This document shows, piece after piece, positions 48,986-61,193 of a stretch of DNA of 64,000 nt (position 1 is its first letter; every line of letters begins with the position of its first letter). Source of the DNA: Trichosphaerium sp. ATCC 40318 (lineage: Eukaryota; Protista; Tubulinea). The DNA lies in NCBI GenBank assembly GCA_038496445.1, contig JALMLS010000344.1:1-64000 (forward strand), written 5' to 3'. The translations under genes and the position numbers were made by a program. Under the pieces are notes generated by a model. That model did no database searches. It was not told the origin of the DNA and was given only the letters and a program-made list of their open reading frames with translations.

Positions 48986-51323
48986 TTACTCAGCCCATCC
49001 TTCGACAACACCTTCGTAGTTTTCATCTACCTTTGTATAGCTCATACTCTGTCCAGTGTACTCGTTAAAAACAAAATCATCACCAAATAGATCGTTTCCA
49101 GTTATTTGATAGTCTGTCCATTCTCCCTGAAAAGAGTCAGGTTAGTATCTGTAGGTACAAGTGTAAAAGTTAAGTACTTCAATAAGACCAGCTCCTTGAT
49201 CACCTTCTCCAACTAAGAAAGCAGTTTCTGGGTCAGCTGTTTGGCCAAGTACACCGTGCATATGACTTGCAGTCTTTGATATTAGCTTAGAGCGCAAGTT
49301 AATATGACAACTCGAGTATGTGGACGCAGAGAATCTCATTGATAATTCAATAGCTGGAGTAGATAAAACAGTTCTAAATGAAAAAGTTAGTGACTCAAAA
49401 AAGGCGCCACGGATAAGTGTTACCTGTCATTTTCTGCCGAAGATCGCTTTATAGTAACTGCAATCAATGAATCAGTACTTAAAAGATTCGTTTCACAACA
49501 CGTGGTCGGTGAAATAGTTTGTTGAAAAAAAAAAGACAAAACACGAAACATTTTGTACAGTAAAAACGCGTGCCTTGACCGAAAGTCAACTTTTCGCCTG
49601 CTCTCATGATTTCGTCATTCACAATCACAAAACGAGACGCCTACATTAATACAATTACATATTGATACAACATAACTAATAAGTAAAAAAACGTGCCTCA
49701 GTCCTATTACAACCTATTTTAAGGCGTAACTTGGAAGTCTTTATGGCAATAGTGCCAATATAAGTACGCAGCTTCTCGCGTTTAATCAAATCAGAATCAA
49801 GAAACAATGCATTTACTTGTATATCAGAGGCTGTAATTAAATTGAAAACCTTATCTGGTCGACCATCTACACATCAAGTTTAGAAAACAAACAATAAAAA
49901 AACACGTGATGAATAGTTAGATTGTAGAGAAATAGTATCAATCAATAACGATGGCACCAGTACGTACGGAAATCATATCTAGAAAAGAAAACAAAATCAG
50001 TATATTTTGTAGAAATAGTAAAAGGAGTGTACTATCTCCTGTAAAAAGACAAAAAGTCAAAATCAAGTATAAAAAAACCTTAAATTACAATTGAGCAGGT
50101 AATGTAGATCCTTTTTAGAAAAATCACAATATAAATACGTACTTTTGAGCCAAGAAACCGATGAAATGAGGATCGCCTGATATCTCCGGAGCAACATTGA
50201 GTAAAATAAACTGAAAACCAGTGCCATTATTCCCACATTCGTCCATACACGTGAAAGATCTTTGCACAGTAACTATATTCGTACTAGTCATATTGAAGAC
50301 AGTATCAACATGCGGAAGCATTATAAGGTCTCCTGGGCATCCATCAGTGCAGTTTGCTTGACCAAGTACACTAGGACCAGGAAGATTATCTGGATCACGA
50401 CCAGGCGCCATAATAGTTGGAGGAGCTGTAACTATTGGTGGAGAATCGTCGACGCGGATGTACAAAAGTTGCCAAACAGAGGTTGTTCTATTACATTGTG
50501 TGGTGGCCTCAAATGTACGATTTATACGTTGTGTGCAGTTATCCACATTTTCTTGCACAGAGAATTCCGCGCCTTGTAGGACACCTTCGCAAAGATCGAA
50601 AAACTAAATTTTGAGTAAATTGTACAATTCCCTATGTAAATCTTTTTTTGTGCTTTGACTCTGATTGAGGCGCTTACCGTTGGTCGTCCGTGTAGATTAG
50701 AACCTGTACCGGCACCACAAGGAAGTACGCTACCGGGATCAGTTGGTACTCTTAGTGAAAGACCAAGCGCCTGGATGATAGGATCTCCTGGTGGCATATT
50801 GCGGTCAACTTGGAAAGTACAGTTTGCACTCAAGCCATTACATGGATCTAATACTTCAAAATCAAACTCGTCCACGCGATTGCATCCGCCGACGATGGTC
50901 CTAGGCTAATGTATTTTAATACCAGAGTAACGCATCAACAATTAAAAAAAAAAAGGTCCAAAGAACGAGGTAAATATTTTGTTTTATCACGTGAGAAATT
51001 ATACGCGAAACGAAGAATAAATACAAAAAACGTGCGTACAAGGGACAACATTTCAACCTTTTGTGACTGCGGACATCCAGAGTTTAATTGATTCTCTGGG
51101 TTCGCTACTTGCTCGCAACTTGCCTGAGCGCTGTAAGTAATGCAAATATAACAATAAGAAGTATTGATTTTCAATTTTGTGTAATTAAATGGCGTATATT
51201 ATAGCTTACCGTGCTAAGACGTGGACAGCTAGTAATAGTAGGTGGGTCCATTGTTATTTGTGACTGTATCCTCACCACGAAGGACAAGAATACAAGCAAA
51301 GCGAGACAAAAACTCGTTGTCAT
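48986..51323 (-). CDS. Secreted Cys-rich protein with HYR-like beta repeats and a C-terminal GDPH 'root cap'-like domain
   Basis: Signal peptide MTTSFCLALLVFLSFVVRIQS. Repeats RVDDSPPIVTAPP..RSFTCMDECGN. C-terminal SGDPHFIGFLAQKYDFHGRPDKVFNLI..IQVNALF, MHGVLGQT and IEGEWTDY. Includes an 11-nt micro-exon at 49968-49978. Confidence 0.78.
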
Positions 51324-52004
51324 CACACCAAGCACCTTTCGTTGATTGTAGTCTTTTTTGCAGCAAGGCGCGGAGATTTTACAATGTGATTTCGTACGAA
51401 GCAAAAAGAGGTTCTACGCTTGTACGCTTTGATGACGTAGTGCCACTTTAACATGCAAACTTGTTGATATGTTTCCATTCTACAAGTTTTTCTACTCGAG
51501 CGAATAATAATACTCTTGCACTGGTGTGCCAACGCATTGTTCGTTGATAATCAAAACCTGTTCGTTTAAAGAACTATACCTAATTGAGCGCTCACTTAGA
51601 GTATTGTTTTCGCACGTAATAGGGTAAAATGAAAGCGACTATTTGCAACCTAGTTGCAATTGACTAAATTTGTGCTTATCCTGGCTTTTCTTGCGCGATT
51701 ATTGTTTGAAACCGTTTGGTAAAACGGTCTAATTGGTAATAGAGGGAATACTACCAAATTCTGATTGTAAGAAAACAGTCTTTTTTGGGCTTGCAAAAGT
51801 CAGAATCTCCGCTCTGTGCAGTATCCAATAAGCTCAATATTAGTGTTTTATACGCCTTCTATTTTCTTCCTTTTGTTTGCACGAAAATAAAGGCGAGTGC
51901 TTGTTCCAAAAACACACGTGAGGAAGCCGTGTCAAAAAAAGTCAAAAAATATTTGCGTAACTTGAGTACTTTTAAAGGGGTAAAAGAAAGGCTGAAGAGG
52001 TAAA

Positions 52005-53932
52005 ATGGGGTGTGCTCATAGTAACACCAAGGACGTTGAAACAAAAAGGATCGACGATGAGTTAAAAGCGGAGCGCAAAAAGGTCAAAATAAAGATGCTC
52101 CTGCTAGGTACGCACGATTATAATTAAACGAGAACATTGCTTTGGCTTTTTGCTCGCTTTCAATTTGGCTATTTTGTTTTTGTTTAATACGAACAGCTGG
52201 CTCTTTTTATAGACGGCCTATAGCAGCCTCCTTTTTAGTCCTGTATACTATGGTGTATTACAGTGGTTAATTTGGAGGGTTTCCGCCTCCGTCGTACTTT
52301 TGTAATCGCTCATAAAACAAAAACAGGAGCTGGTGATTCTGGAAAATCAACATTTGCAAAGCAAATGAAGGTGCTCAAGAAGGGCGGTTTTACAGCAACC
52401 GAAACACAGAAATTTGCAGAAGTCCTAAGAGATAATGCTTTAAGCTCTATAAAACACGTCATATTCGTAGCGAGGGATAAGGGTATCAAAGTAGGGCGTG
52501 GTGATGTACGTTGAGCAACCTTCGGTTGTTTTTGATTTTTTTCTCCCACAAGCGGGTTTTTTTTTTTGTTTGTTAAAATAGAGCGGGTTTACGTAATATA
52601 TCAATGCTTACGCTTGAGTAGAAGAGTGTTATAAAGCAAATTTTGGAAGCTTCAACTTTGACAAAAGAGCTGGCTGAACACATTCAAGATTTACATCAAA
52701 ACGACAAGGGCGTTCAACGTGTACTGAAAAATAGACACGATACACAATTACCCAGCTCGGTTGAATAGTACGTTGGTTTTTACGCCCCCAGACCGTATTT
52801 GGCGACCCAAAAAACCGCCCTAAAGCCAAAATTGCGCGTTTGCGCTTTTGTCAAGTGGCATTCCTTTTTTTTTTGGATTCTGAAAAGGGACCTTGTTTTA
52901 AAATGTCTGTAACTCACAAAACTGCTGTAGTTATTTCAAAAATGTAATGAGGATATACGAGGAGGATTTTAAGCCTACTAACGACGATATTTTTCGGGCT
53001 AAGTTAAAAACCACGGGTATTGTTGAGACAAACTTTGAGTCCAAAGGAGTGTTTTTCAAAATGGTAGATGTCGGTGGTACGTGTACACGCGTGTACTGAT
53101 AGTTGTGAGAAAAAAAGTACTATTTCAGCAAGTGGTGAATTGCCACTATTTTTGTACATTTTTTGGTTATATAGCGCGGCTTCTAATTATGTTTTAATAT
53201 TTTCTGGCTCGCGCTACCTTTTTTGTTTAGTTTGGTTTTTTCACTCGTAAAAAAATTAGGTACTCACTCCTTTTTTAGGCCAACGTAATGAACGCCGTAA
53301 ATGGCTTCACTGTTTCGAGGATGTAACGTCTGTTATCTACTTGGCTGCTTTAGATGAATACGATATGCAATTATTCGAGGATAGACATACAAATCGTATG
53401 GCTGAATCGTTAAACTTGTTCGGTGAGGTATCCGGAAGTAAATATTTCGCGGATACGAGCTGGATCTTATTTTTAAACAAACACGATATTTTTCGATCAA
53501 AGTTTCCTGGATCCCACGAGAGATTAAAAGCACTCTTTCCGGGTTATACAGGTACGGTTTTTTGTCGTTTTTACTTTATTTTGTTGTCCGAATTTTTGAG
53601 TTGTGATTAAAAATCAACACTCCTCTTTGTCCGGAAAACAAGTTAACACGTGCCTACTAGGCGAAGGAAACGCAGATCAAGGCTTGGAATTTATCAAACA
53701 AAAATACAAGACCATGTTCGAAGGTGGCGCTTTGTATATCTTTGTTACTTGCGCTGTTGGTACGTAATTAAAACAGGAGCTCGGGCTTTATTTTTTTGTT
53801 GTTTTATTCATCCGAAATTGTTTTTATTTGCTTACTAAACTACTTGTAGATACCGACAACATCAAGGAGGTATTTCACGTTGTGGAGGACACTATTTTAA
53901 TGAAGAACCTTGGTCAAATGTATTTTAGCTAA
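52005..53932 (+). CDS. Heterotrimeric G-protein alpha subunit
   Basis: MGC lipidation motif; [12 protein letters not shown]; KTTGIVE; [12 protein letters not shown]; LFLNKHD; TCAVDT. Confidence 0.97.
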
Positions 53933-54203
53933 CTGTGTAAATAACCGCCGTTGTAGCGTATTGCGCTGCTTTTTGTACTTTACTAACAACAATAAACAAC
54001 GACATACTATTACTGCTTTTTGCTTTCCCAAACAAAAACCGCTTGTGCACTGTGTGTGAGTGAGAAGGACTGTGCGCTTCAACCGCTTTAGAGGTGTCGA
54101 TTGGTTTGTGAACTTTTGGCACCTAACCAGTAGGTCAGCTTTAGTATTCGTTAAGTCCAATCAGAGCAGTTATTTGGTTTATCTTTGTACTTGGCACGCC
54201 ACA

Positions 54204-57200
54204 ATGACTGACGCTACTTCGACCCGCAATAATACAGATGAGTTCTATGCGAAGTTTAGGCCAATCAAGAAATTGCTTTTAGACGAGTTTGGCGTGTTTT
54301 ATGAGGTGTCGAACAAAGAATTGGCAGAGCTTACTTCACAGTTAGTTTTGTTTCAGGAGCAATGTCTGAATAGCAAGGTAGCATATATTTAGCGCGTATA
54401 GACGCTTGTTCAACGATTTTTTTATTTAATTAATACAAATGGGCCTAAAGCCTCGCTGATCACCGCTTTGATGATCATGAGTAACCGTTACGCGTAGGTA
54501 ATGAGCTCTAGAGGCGAGCATTTTACAAAACTCCCACACAGCGTCATGAGCACTGACACTAACGGCAGTGTTCCTCTAGCGAATGTATTGATTGCCTGCC
54601 ACAAATACAGGTACAATACTACTTTACGGGTAGTAAACAGTCACAAACACGTTGTAGAGATAAAAACGGCGCCAATTCTTTTGATTTAGTTGATACCAAG
54701 CGGTTAAATGACAATTTAACGCTATTTAAGAATATACAAACACACCTGACGGTAGGACATCACAGAAGCTTTCTACATACTCACTTACAATAGGAGTTAA
54801 ACATATTAAAGCGTCCATGCGTATTTTTTGAAGATTCAGTTGTAAACATTCCAGAACTCTCTTTGCTTGTTGAAAAGCATGGAGGATCAGTTACAAAAGA
54901 TCGTAGCAGTGCTTCTCACATAATAATCAAAGATGTGACATCAAATGCAATGGACACAAGGTTCATTTATTGTCAGCTTAATTTCTCTTTTCATTTATGA
55001 TTTATTAGTGCTGGCACTGAAATAAGAGCGTTAAAGAGAAGCAGTGGTACGATATTTTGACAAAACACGTTTTTGTTATCACTTGATGGCATTGTTGAAT
55101 AATTTGTTTCAAGGCAAGACATTTATTCATTGGTGGTTCAAACCTGATTCGATGGATTGTTGGGTTGATACTGATCAAGTGGACAATGATCCAGTGCTCA
55201 TCAAACAATCTAAAGGACCTCAAGTAGTAGTATGCTTTACCTAACAAAAATACTGATTGTTGTGGGTGTTAATGTTTATGTTGTTTAGACAAGCCGATTT
55301 ATTACAGATACAGATGTCTTTAATGAGTGGATGAATCCTCTTGATTATTCCTTGGATAGTCAAATGCTCGCTCATAAACAAAGTCTAAGGATAGTAAACA
55401 AAGATAAAGTTGATGCTGATGCTTCATTCTCAACACAAACTGTACAGCTACCATAAAGTTTCTTCTAAGCTTTTTATTGTGACTAACTTCTTTTTTATTA
55501 AGGAACCTAAAATGTCTGGTGCACAACGTATTCAAAGGCCTACAGCAGCACGTGTACGTTACTACTAAATTTTAATCATGTATGTGGGCTTAGTTTTTTG
55601 ATTGATGTTATAGGGTACAACTGATATTAAGATAGTATCAAAGAAAGATGACTTTGTTAGTCAAACACGTTATGTAAGTTTTTTTTTTTTCTGATTGATT
55701 TGAAACAGCTCCTCAAAGGAACGAATTATTACCTTTTATGTTCCATCATAATCACTAAACTACCGCCATTAAAAACCAGCGTACAATCGCATGTAGTTTT
55801 ATTCATGTGGGAGCGAAAAAGCGAAAAGAGCTTTAGTGCTAGAACGAGTTGAGTTTTGAAAAACTTTGTTTTATTTTATGTTCACAGCGCTCTATACCAG
55901 TTTTCTTTCTTTCATTTAACACTCTTATTTCAGGCAAATATCGTTGTTAGTCCTATTAACAATGATATCCTTCCAAAATATTGTAAATGGTTTAACTCCC
56001 AGTCCATTGACAAACGAGAGGAGAGACTTGTTCCAAAGTTCTTCCAACCGCAACCAACACCTGCAACACCTATAAAAGTAAATGGAGTGCCATTCGTAAA
56101 GGCAGTAATTCCAACAAGAGAGGTGTAAGTACTATAATAACAGTGATAATCCTTGTATAACACCAACAAAAAAAAATAGATATAAACAGTACAGAGACTG
56201 GATGGTTTCTGCTTATCACGCTTTCCCTGATGAACAACTTACATTTGCTTCTTGTAGAAGGTACTTAAGACAACTGGTTTCCCTTGTATTCTGTTGTTTG
56301 TTTAACCGTTTAATTCAAAGGAACTTATCAGGAGATTGCGCTGATTTGATGGCTATATACAACGCATTAGAGTACTGGGGTCTGATAAACTATAATGCTA
56401 AAATTTCTGCAACAACATTCTTGGATAAAGGTGAACAAGGTCAACCTACTTCCGAAATAGAAAAGGTGAGTGATTCAAACATAACGAACGACAAGCAATA
56501 ACTAAACAAAATAAGGTGTTTTTGGCACAAAACAATGTTCGTAATCCTAGACCAGTAGAAATGGTCTTTTCAGATGCTACACCAACCCATAAGAGAAGTT
56601 ACGATAGACATGAACGTAGTCCTGCAAGTGAGAGTACTTGGACGGATCAAGAAACGTTGAAATTGCTTGAAGTACGAATACTTTTTTTTTATTTCTGCAA
56701 ATATTTTTTGCTCTTCTGGTTGCTGTTTCATCGACCTTGTCAAACAAGGCACATTCGTTATACACGATGTTGATGTAAAGGATTCTCACGTTTTTTGTTT
56801 AATTGTAGGGCATAGAGAAGTTGTCATTTAACTGGGACCAACTCGCTGAGCATGTTGAGACTAAAACACGTGAAGAGTGTTTTTTACACTTTTTAAGACT
56901 ACCTATTGAGGATGAGTTCCTTCAAGAAGACTTATATGATGTGTCAGACTCTAAAACGATAGCTAAAGGTACAAACTACCCCACTACAACAATACAATAT
57001 AGACGAATTGCTTACACAAAAAACAGCATTGGAAGAAGGAAGAAAGGTTCCTTTTGTTGAGACAGCAAACCCCGTCATGACACTTGTCACTTTTTTATCA
57101 TCTACAGTTTCGTCTTCAGTTGCAGCAGCTGCTGCACAAGGGGCACTTGGTATGTTTCACAATGATGTACACACGGCTTACGACATATAGAATCCTACAT

Positions 57201-57714
57201 GGGAAGTACGAGTGCTGGCGGTAACACAATGGAAATAGACAGTAAAAAGGATGAGTATGCCACTTTATTTAGTGCCACTTTTTCCACCTTCTAATAACAT
57301 ACCCAAAAGGCAAAATGTAGAAGTTAGCTTGAATGCTCAGGATAGAGAGGCTTTTGCTAATGCTATAGCACACGCATCCATAAAAGCAAAGGTGAGTTAA
57401 AAAAACTTGAAGGTTTTTTTTTTTGTAAAGTCGTTTACTTGATGTAGGAACTAAGCCTTGGCGTTGAAGCCTCCATGGCAAAAATCATGGCAGAAGTTAT
57501 TGAACTGAAAATAGAAAAGGTCAACTTGAAGATGGAACAGTTTGAAACAATGACAAGTTTGCTAAGAGATGAACAAACAAAGGTACGTGTTTATTTTGTC
57601 TATCACTTGAAGAGGTTTTTTTTGACGTTGATTTTTCTTTCCTATTAGGTTGATCGTGCAAAAGAGCAATTGTATAAAGACCAAGCCACTTTTGAAGAGG
57701 AAATAAAAACATAA
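54204..57714 (+). CDS. SMARCC: SWI/SNF core subunit SMARCC/SWI3 (N-terminal BRCT/chromo module, SWIRM, SANT, coiled coil)
   Basis: IHWWFKPDSMDCWV and DVFNEWMNPLDY. SWIRM: LPKYCKWF..LTFASCRRNLSGD..LEYWGLINY. SANT: WTDQETLKLLE..KTREECFLHFLRLPIED. Also PFVETANPVMTLVTFL. Confidence 0.93.
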
Positions 57715-58171
57715 CCCTTTTAAAATTAAGACAACAAATAAAATAATAAAATCTGTACAGACGCAGCCACTCAGTGTGCTTGCCATTAACAACAAAGCCT
57801 ATTTTTCAATTTAGCCATTGCTGATTAGGATCTATGGCTGTTTTGCGTTTAAATTACTGTTAACAGAATGGTAATTTTTCTAAAACTTACTGTGAAAAGT
57901 ACACTGCCAATCGAAAATAAGAAAATTAGAGGACTGTGCCCCTTAAACTGTGTACGCAAAAGGGTACATTGCAATAGGAGCATAAAATAACAGCTGTTAG
58001 CTTGTTCAGCAATGAGGACGTGGTAAGCAGTGTTCTCAATAATGAGTGGTTTGATTTCTTTGCACAAAAAAATTAGCAGAATTTTGTGGCAAACAAAATG
58101 TAGTGATACGAGAGGGATGTGGGTAATTATGAGATTCAAGTACATTCTTTTTATTGTAATTGTTACAATAA

Positions 58172-61081
58172 TTAACGGAAGGAATCAGGTACAGAAAAAA
58201 CTTGCACATTGTCCAACTAAGGGCAAAGTTTTAGTAAAAAAGAAGAAAAAAAAAAAGAGATTTTAAAAGTAAACTTAACAAAGCTGTTTGTAACGTACCC
58301 CTGTCTCTTTCATTATGACGTATTTACCATCAGGTAATTTCATACACTTATCAAAGAATTGTTTGGCATTACCCCACATTATATCCATCCTGAACTTCAT
58401 TGTCTTAACCAAGTCTCTAGGTGTCATCATATTCACTTGCAAAATTTGGTGATTGTAGTTATCCTTTGGTGTCAAACGGCACACATAACTAAAATTTTAT
58501 ATTAGAACAAGAGATAATAAATAATAACAAGTTGATAAAAAGAAAAAAAGAAAGAAAAAAGACGACAAAGTCGTTGAACTGCAGTTGAGTTCTATTGACG
58601 TTCAAATCCTACTTTTTTTTTCCACCTCACAAAAACGTTTACGTTATATTTCCCTCATAAAAACAGTGTTTACAAGGAGTATGGAAAAAAGAAAGCTAAG
58701 AATTTGAAGTATAAAGTGAACTGCAATTTTTTTGGTTTTTTTTTGCTTTCAAGTGTTCACGTGTTCATAAGATGTTGGTTCGTGGTTTGGTTTTTGGTTT
58801 TAGAAGTTAAAAATATCAAGCAATATTTTTATGAATACGTACCCAAGACAAATTTGGTCTACACCAGCGATAAGAGCAGAAGCAAGCCATTTTGTCATTT
58901 TAAAGTTATTGTTGTTAGTCTCAGATGCGAGTACACTTCCTCTTTGGTTCTCCAGTTGTTTTCTCCAGTCACCAGTTACTTTAGGATCATATTCATTCAA
59001 AGCACGAATCATCTATAAGAGAAAAATCCATTAGTCTCAGATGAACATAAAATTGTTTCTCAATAGATTTTTTTTTGTTTTTTTTTTCCGTTTTCTTTGA
59101 CATAGTTTTTCTTGTATCAAAAAATAGTCTGAAGGATAGAAAAACTCTCAGCAATCGTATGAATAATCAGTAATCAGGGGATCGGACGAAAAATAATCAT
59201 AGAGTTTGATAAAAAATAGTTGAAATTAAAAAAAGAAGTTGAAAAAACAAAACGTACGACAAAGGCAGGTTTTTTGCTGTCCTTGACTCTTGCTACAGAA
59301 TCAATTTCTGATCTACAATAAACAGTGTAGTTTTCAACACCCCATTTTTGGTACCTGTAACATCAAAATTAGTCATACAAATCGAGTAACAAACAAAGAA
59401 AGCTTTCTCTTGTTCTTGCTTTCATGTTTTTTTCAAAATTCATTCATTTTTTTCCTTAATTCTTTGTGAAGCGTACTTGTATCCTACAGAAGCTACCCTT
59501 TCGGATCCTGTCTGGAATGGATTTCTAGTTTTGAACTTGTACTTGCTTTGATGAGCTAGAACTTGTTGGGAGAAGTTCTGGTTGATAAAAGTAGCTTCTT
59601 GGCGTAAAGCCTTTGGTCCATTAACACCAACAGCATCATCAAATGGAGGATCGTGAGAGTTCTCATTGACAGTAAAGTAATCTATTAAAAATAAAATCAA
59701 CAAAACATAACAAACGTCAAACGAGCAATAGCATCAAAAAATTCAACGAAAAAAAAAAACGTACCAAAGGCAGATTTCTCGCGCTTGTCGAAGAACATTT
59801 TACCGTTTTTCTTTACTAGTACGATATCCCAAGGGTATACAGCCTAATATACAATCAAAACAAAGAGATTTCAAAAAAATCGCTTGCACGACTTTCAAAG
59901 CACGTGCTTTAATCAAAAAGGATTTTGTTTGTTGGGTTGTCTTGTACGCACCTTAGACATTGCCATTAAGTGTACGAGAACAGAATCAATGATGAAAATA
60001 GAGTTTTCATTAAGTTCTTTCTTGTTAAGAGATTGCAATACTGGATCGTCGCTTGATGATACTTTAAAGAATGTACGTTGGCTAACCCATATTTTTTCGA
60101 GTGCTTTTGGTTGTTTTGGCTGAATAGTGGTGTATTGAGAGTTGAATGTCTCCAAAATACCTTATAATATTAGTACATATATTAACAAACACTGTGGACA
60201 TATTATAAATGAAATAGAGCGACCAGTATTGGAGGTGTAAGTTTTTTTGTAAAATCGAAAAAAATTTCTTTGACGATGCAGGAATGATGCATACCACACT
60301 TGAAGAGTACGGCAGGTGCCTTGACTTGAATATACTCGCGTTGTAAATCCTTGGCGGCAAATTGCAAAATAGCATCTCCCCAGTTTTCTTGAATTTCGAT
60401 GGATGCTTCGTAATTGCGCTTGGATTGATCGCGGGCCCAGTTCCAGCGTCTGAATTGCCACCTACGATTTTTTAGCTACGTTCTCAAGGCTCTAAAGTCG
60501 TTTTTTATTAACTTACGACTTTTTCTTTGGTCCACGAGCGCGACCGAGTCCTTTCTTGCTCTTGGATGCCCAGTTGCCAGTGTCGCGATTTCTACGAGTG
60601 TTTTAGAGAAAACCGTTGCGGTTATAACGTACTGTCGCCTGTTGTTGTAGAAGAAGTTTCTCTTTGGGTAGCGATATCTAAGCGTAGAGTAAGCTTCACA
60701 GCACCTAATTTTTACATACGTTTGTTTTGTCGGGCGAGAGTCGACGAGATGGAAATTCTCTTCATTAACCTCTTCGTGTACGCCAAACGGGCTCAAAAAA
60801 CCGGTTCGCGACTTGTCTAGTAAAGTTAATTTTTTAAGCTTGAGTTTTGATCGCAGTTCGCTAAACATACATGTACTGTTCTGTTTACCGCCAGTGTTAG
60901 TCCATTCGGCAATTTTTCCAAGCTTATCGCTTTTTGAGTACGGGGTGTATGGTGTAGTCTTAAAACGCTCAGGTACGGATGTTGGGCCCCATCCTGTTGG
61001 GTTATCCTATTTACTGTTACATTATTATTGTACGCTCGCGGTTACCTCAATACAAGGGAAAAATGCCAATTCAGTTGCCAT
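58172..61081 (-). CDS. EIF3D: Eukaryotic translation initiation factor 3 subunit D
   Basis: DNPTGWGP..PYSKSDKLGKIAEW, FFKVSSSDDPVL, VYPWDIV..MFFDKR, YFTVNEN, LRQEATFINQNFSQQVL, ALNEYD..DWRKQLENQRGSVLASE and LPDGKYVIMK. Confidence 0.96.
59142..59207 (-). ncRNA. Candidate intronic box C/D snoRNA in an eIF3d intron
   Basis: Minus strand reads AAACTC-T-ATGATTA(C)-tttttcgtccgatccc-CTGA(D')-ttac-TGATTA(C')-ttcatacgattg-CTGA(D)-GAGTTT. It has a 6-bp terminal stem and is sense to the host gene. Confidence 0.65.
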
Positions 61082-61193
61082 CACAATGAGTATTGGTAAA
61101 ATCGACACCAATAAGACGAGAAAAAACTGCGTAAAAAACCTCCAGCTTATTGACTTTCAATAAATCGTGTTTCATCAGGAAACAATACACCTG

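Noticed and set aside
58580-58695. H/ACA snoRNA in the long eIF3d intron
   Set aside because: The first hairpin and an ATATAA hinge are plausible, but the second hairpin is weak and there is no ACA box.
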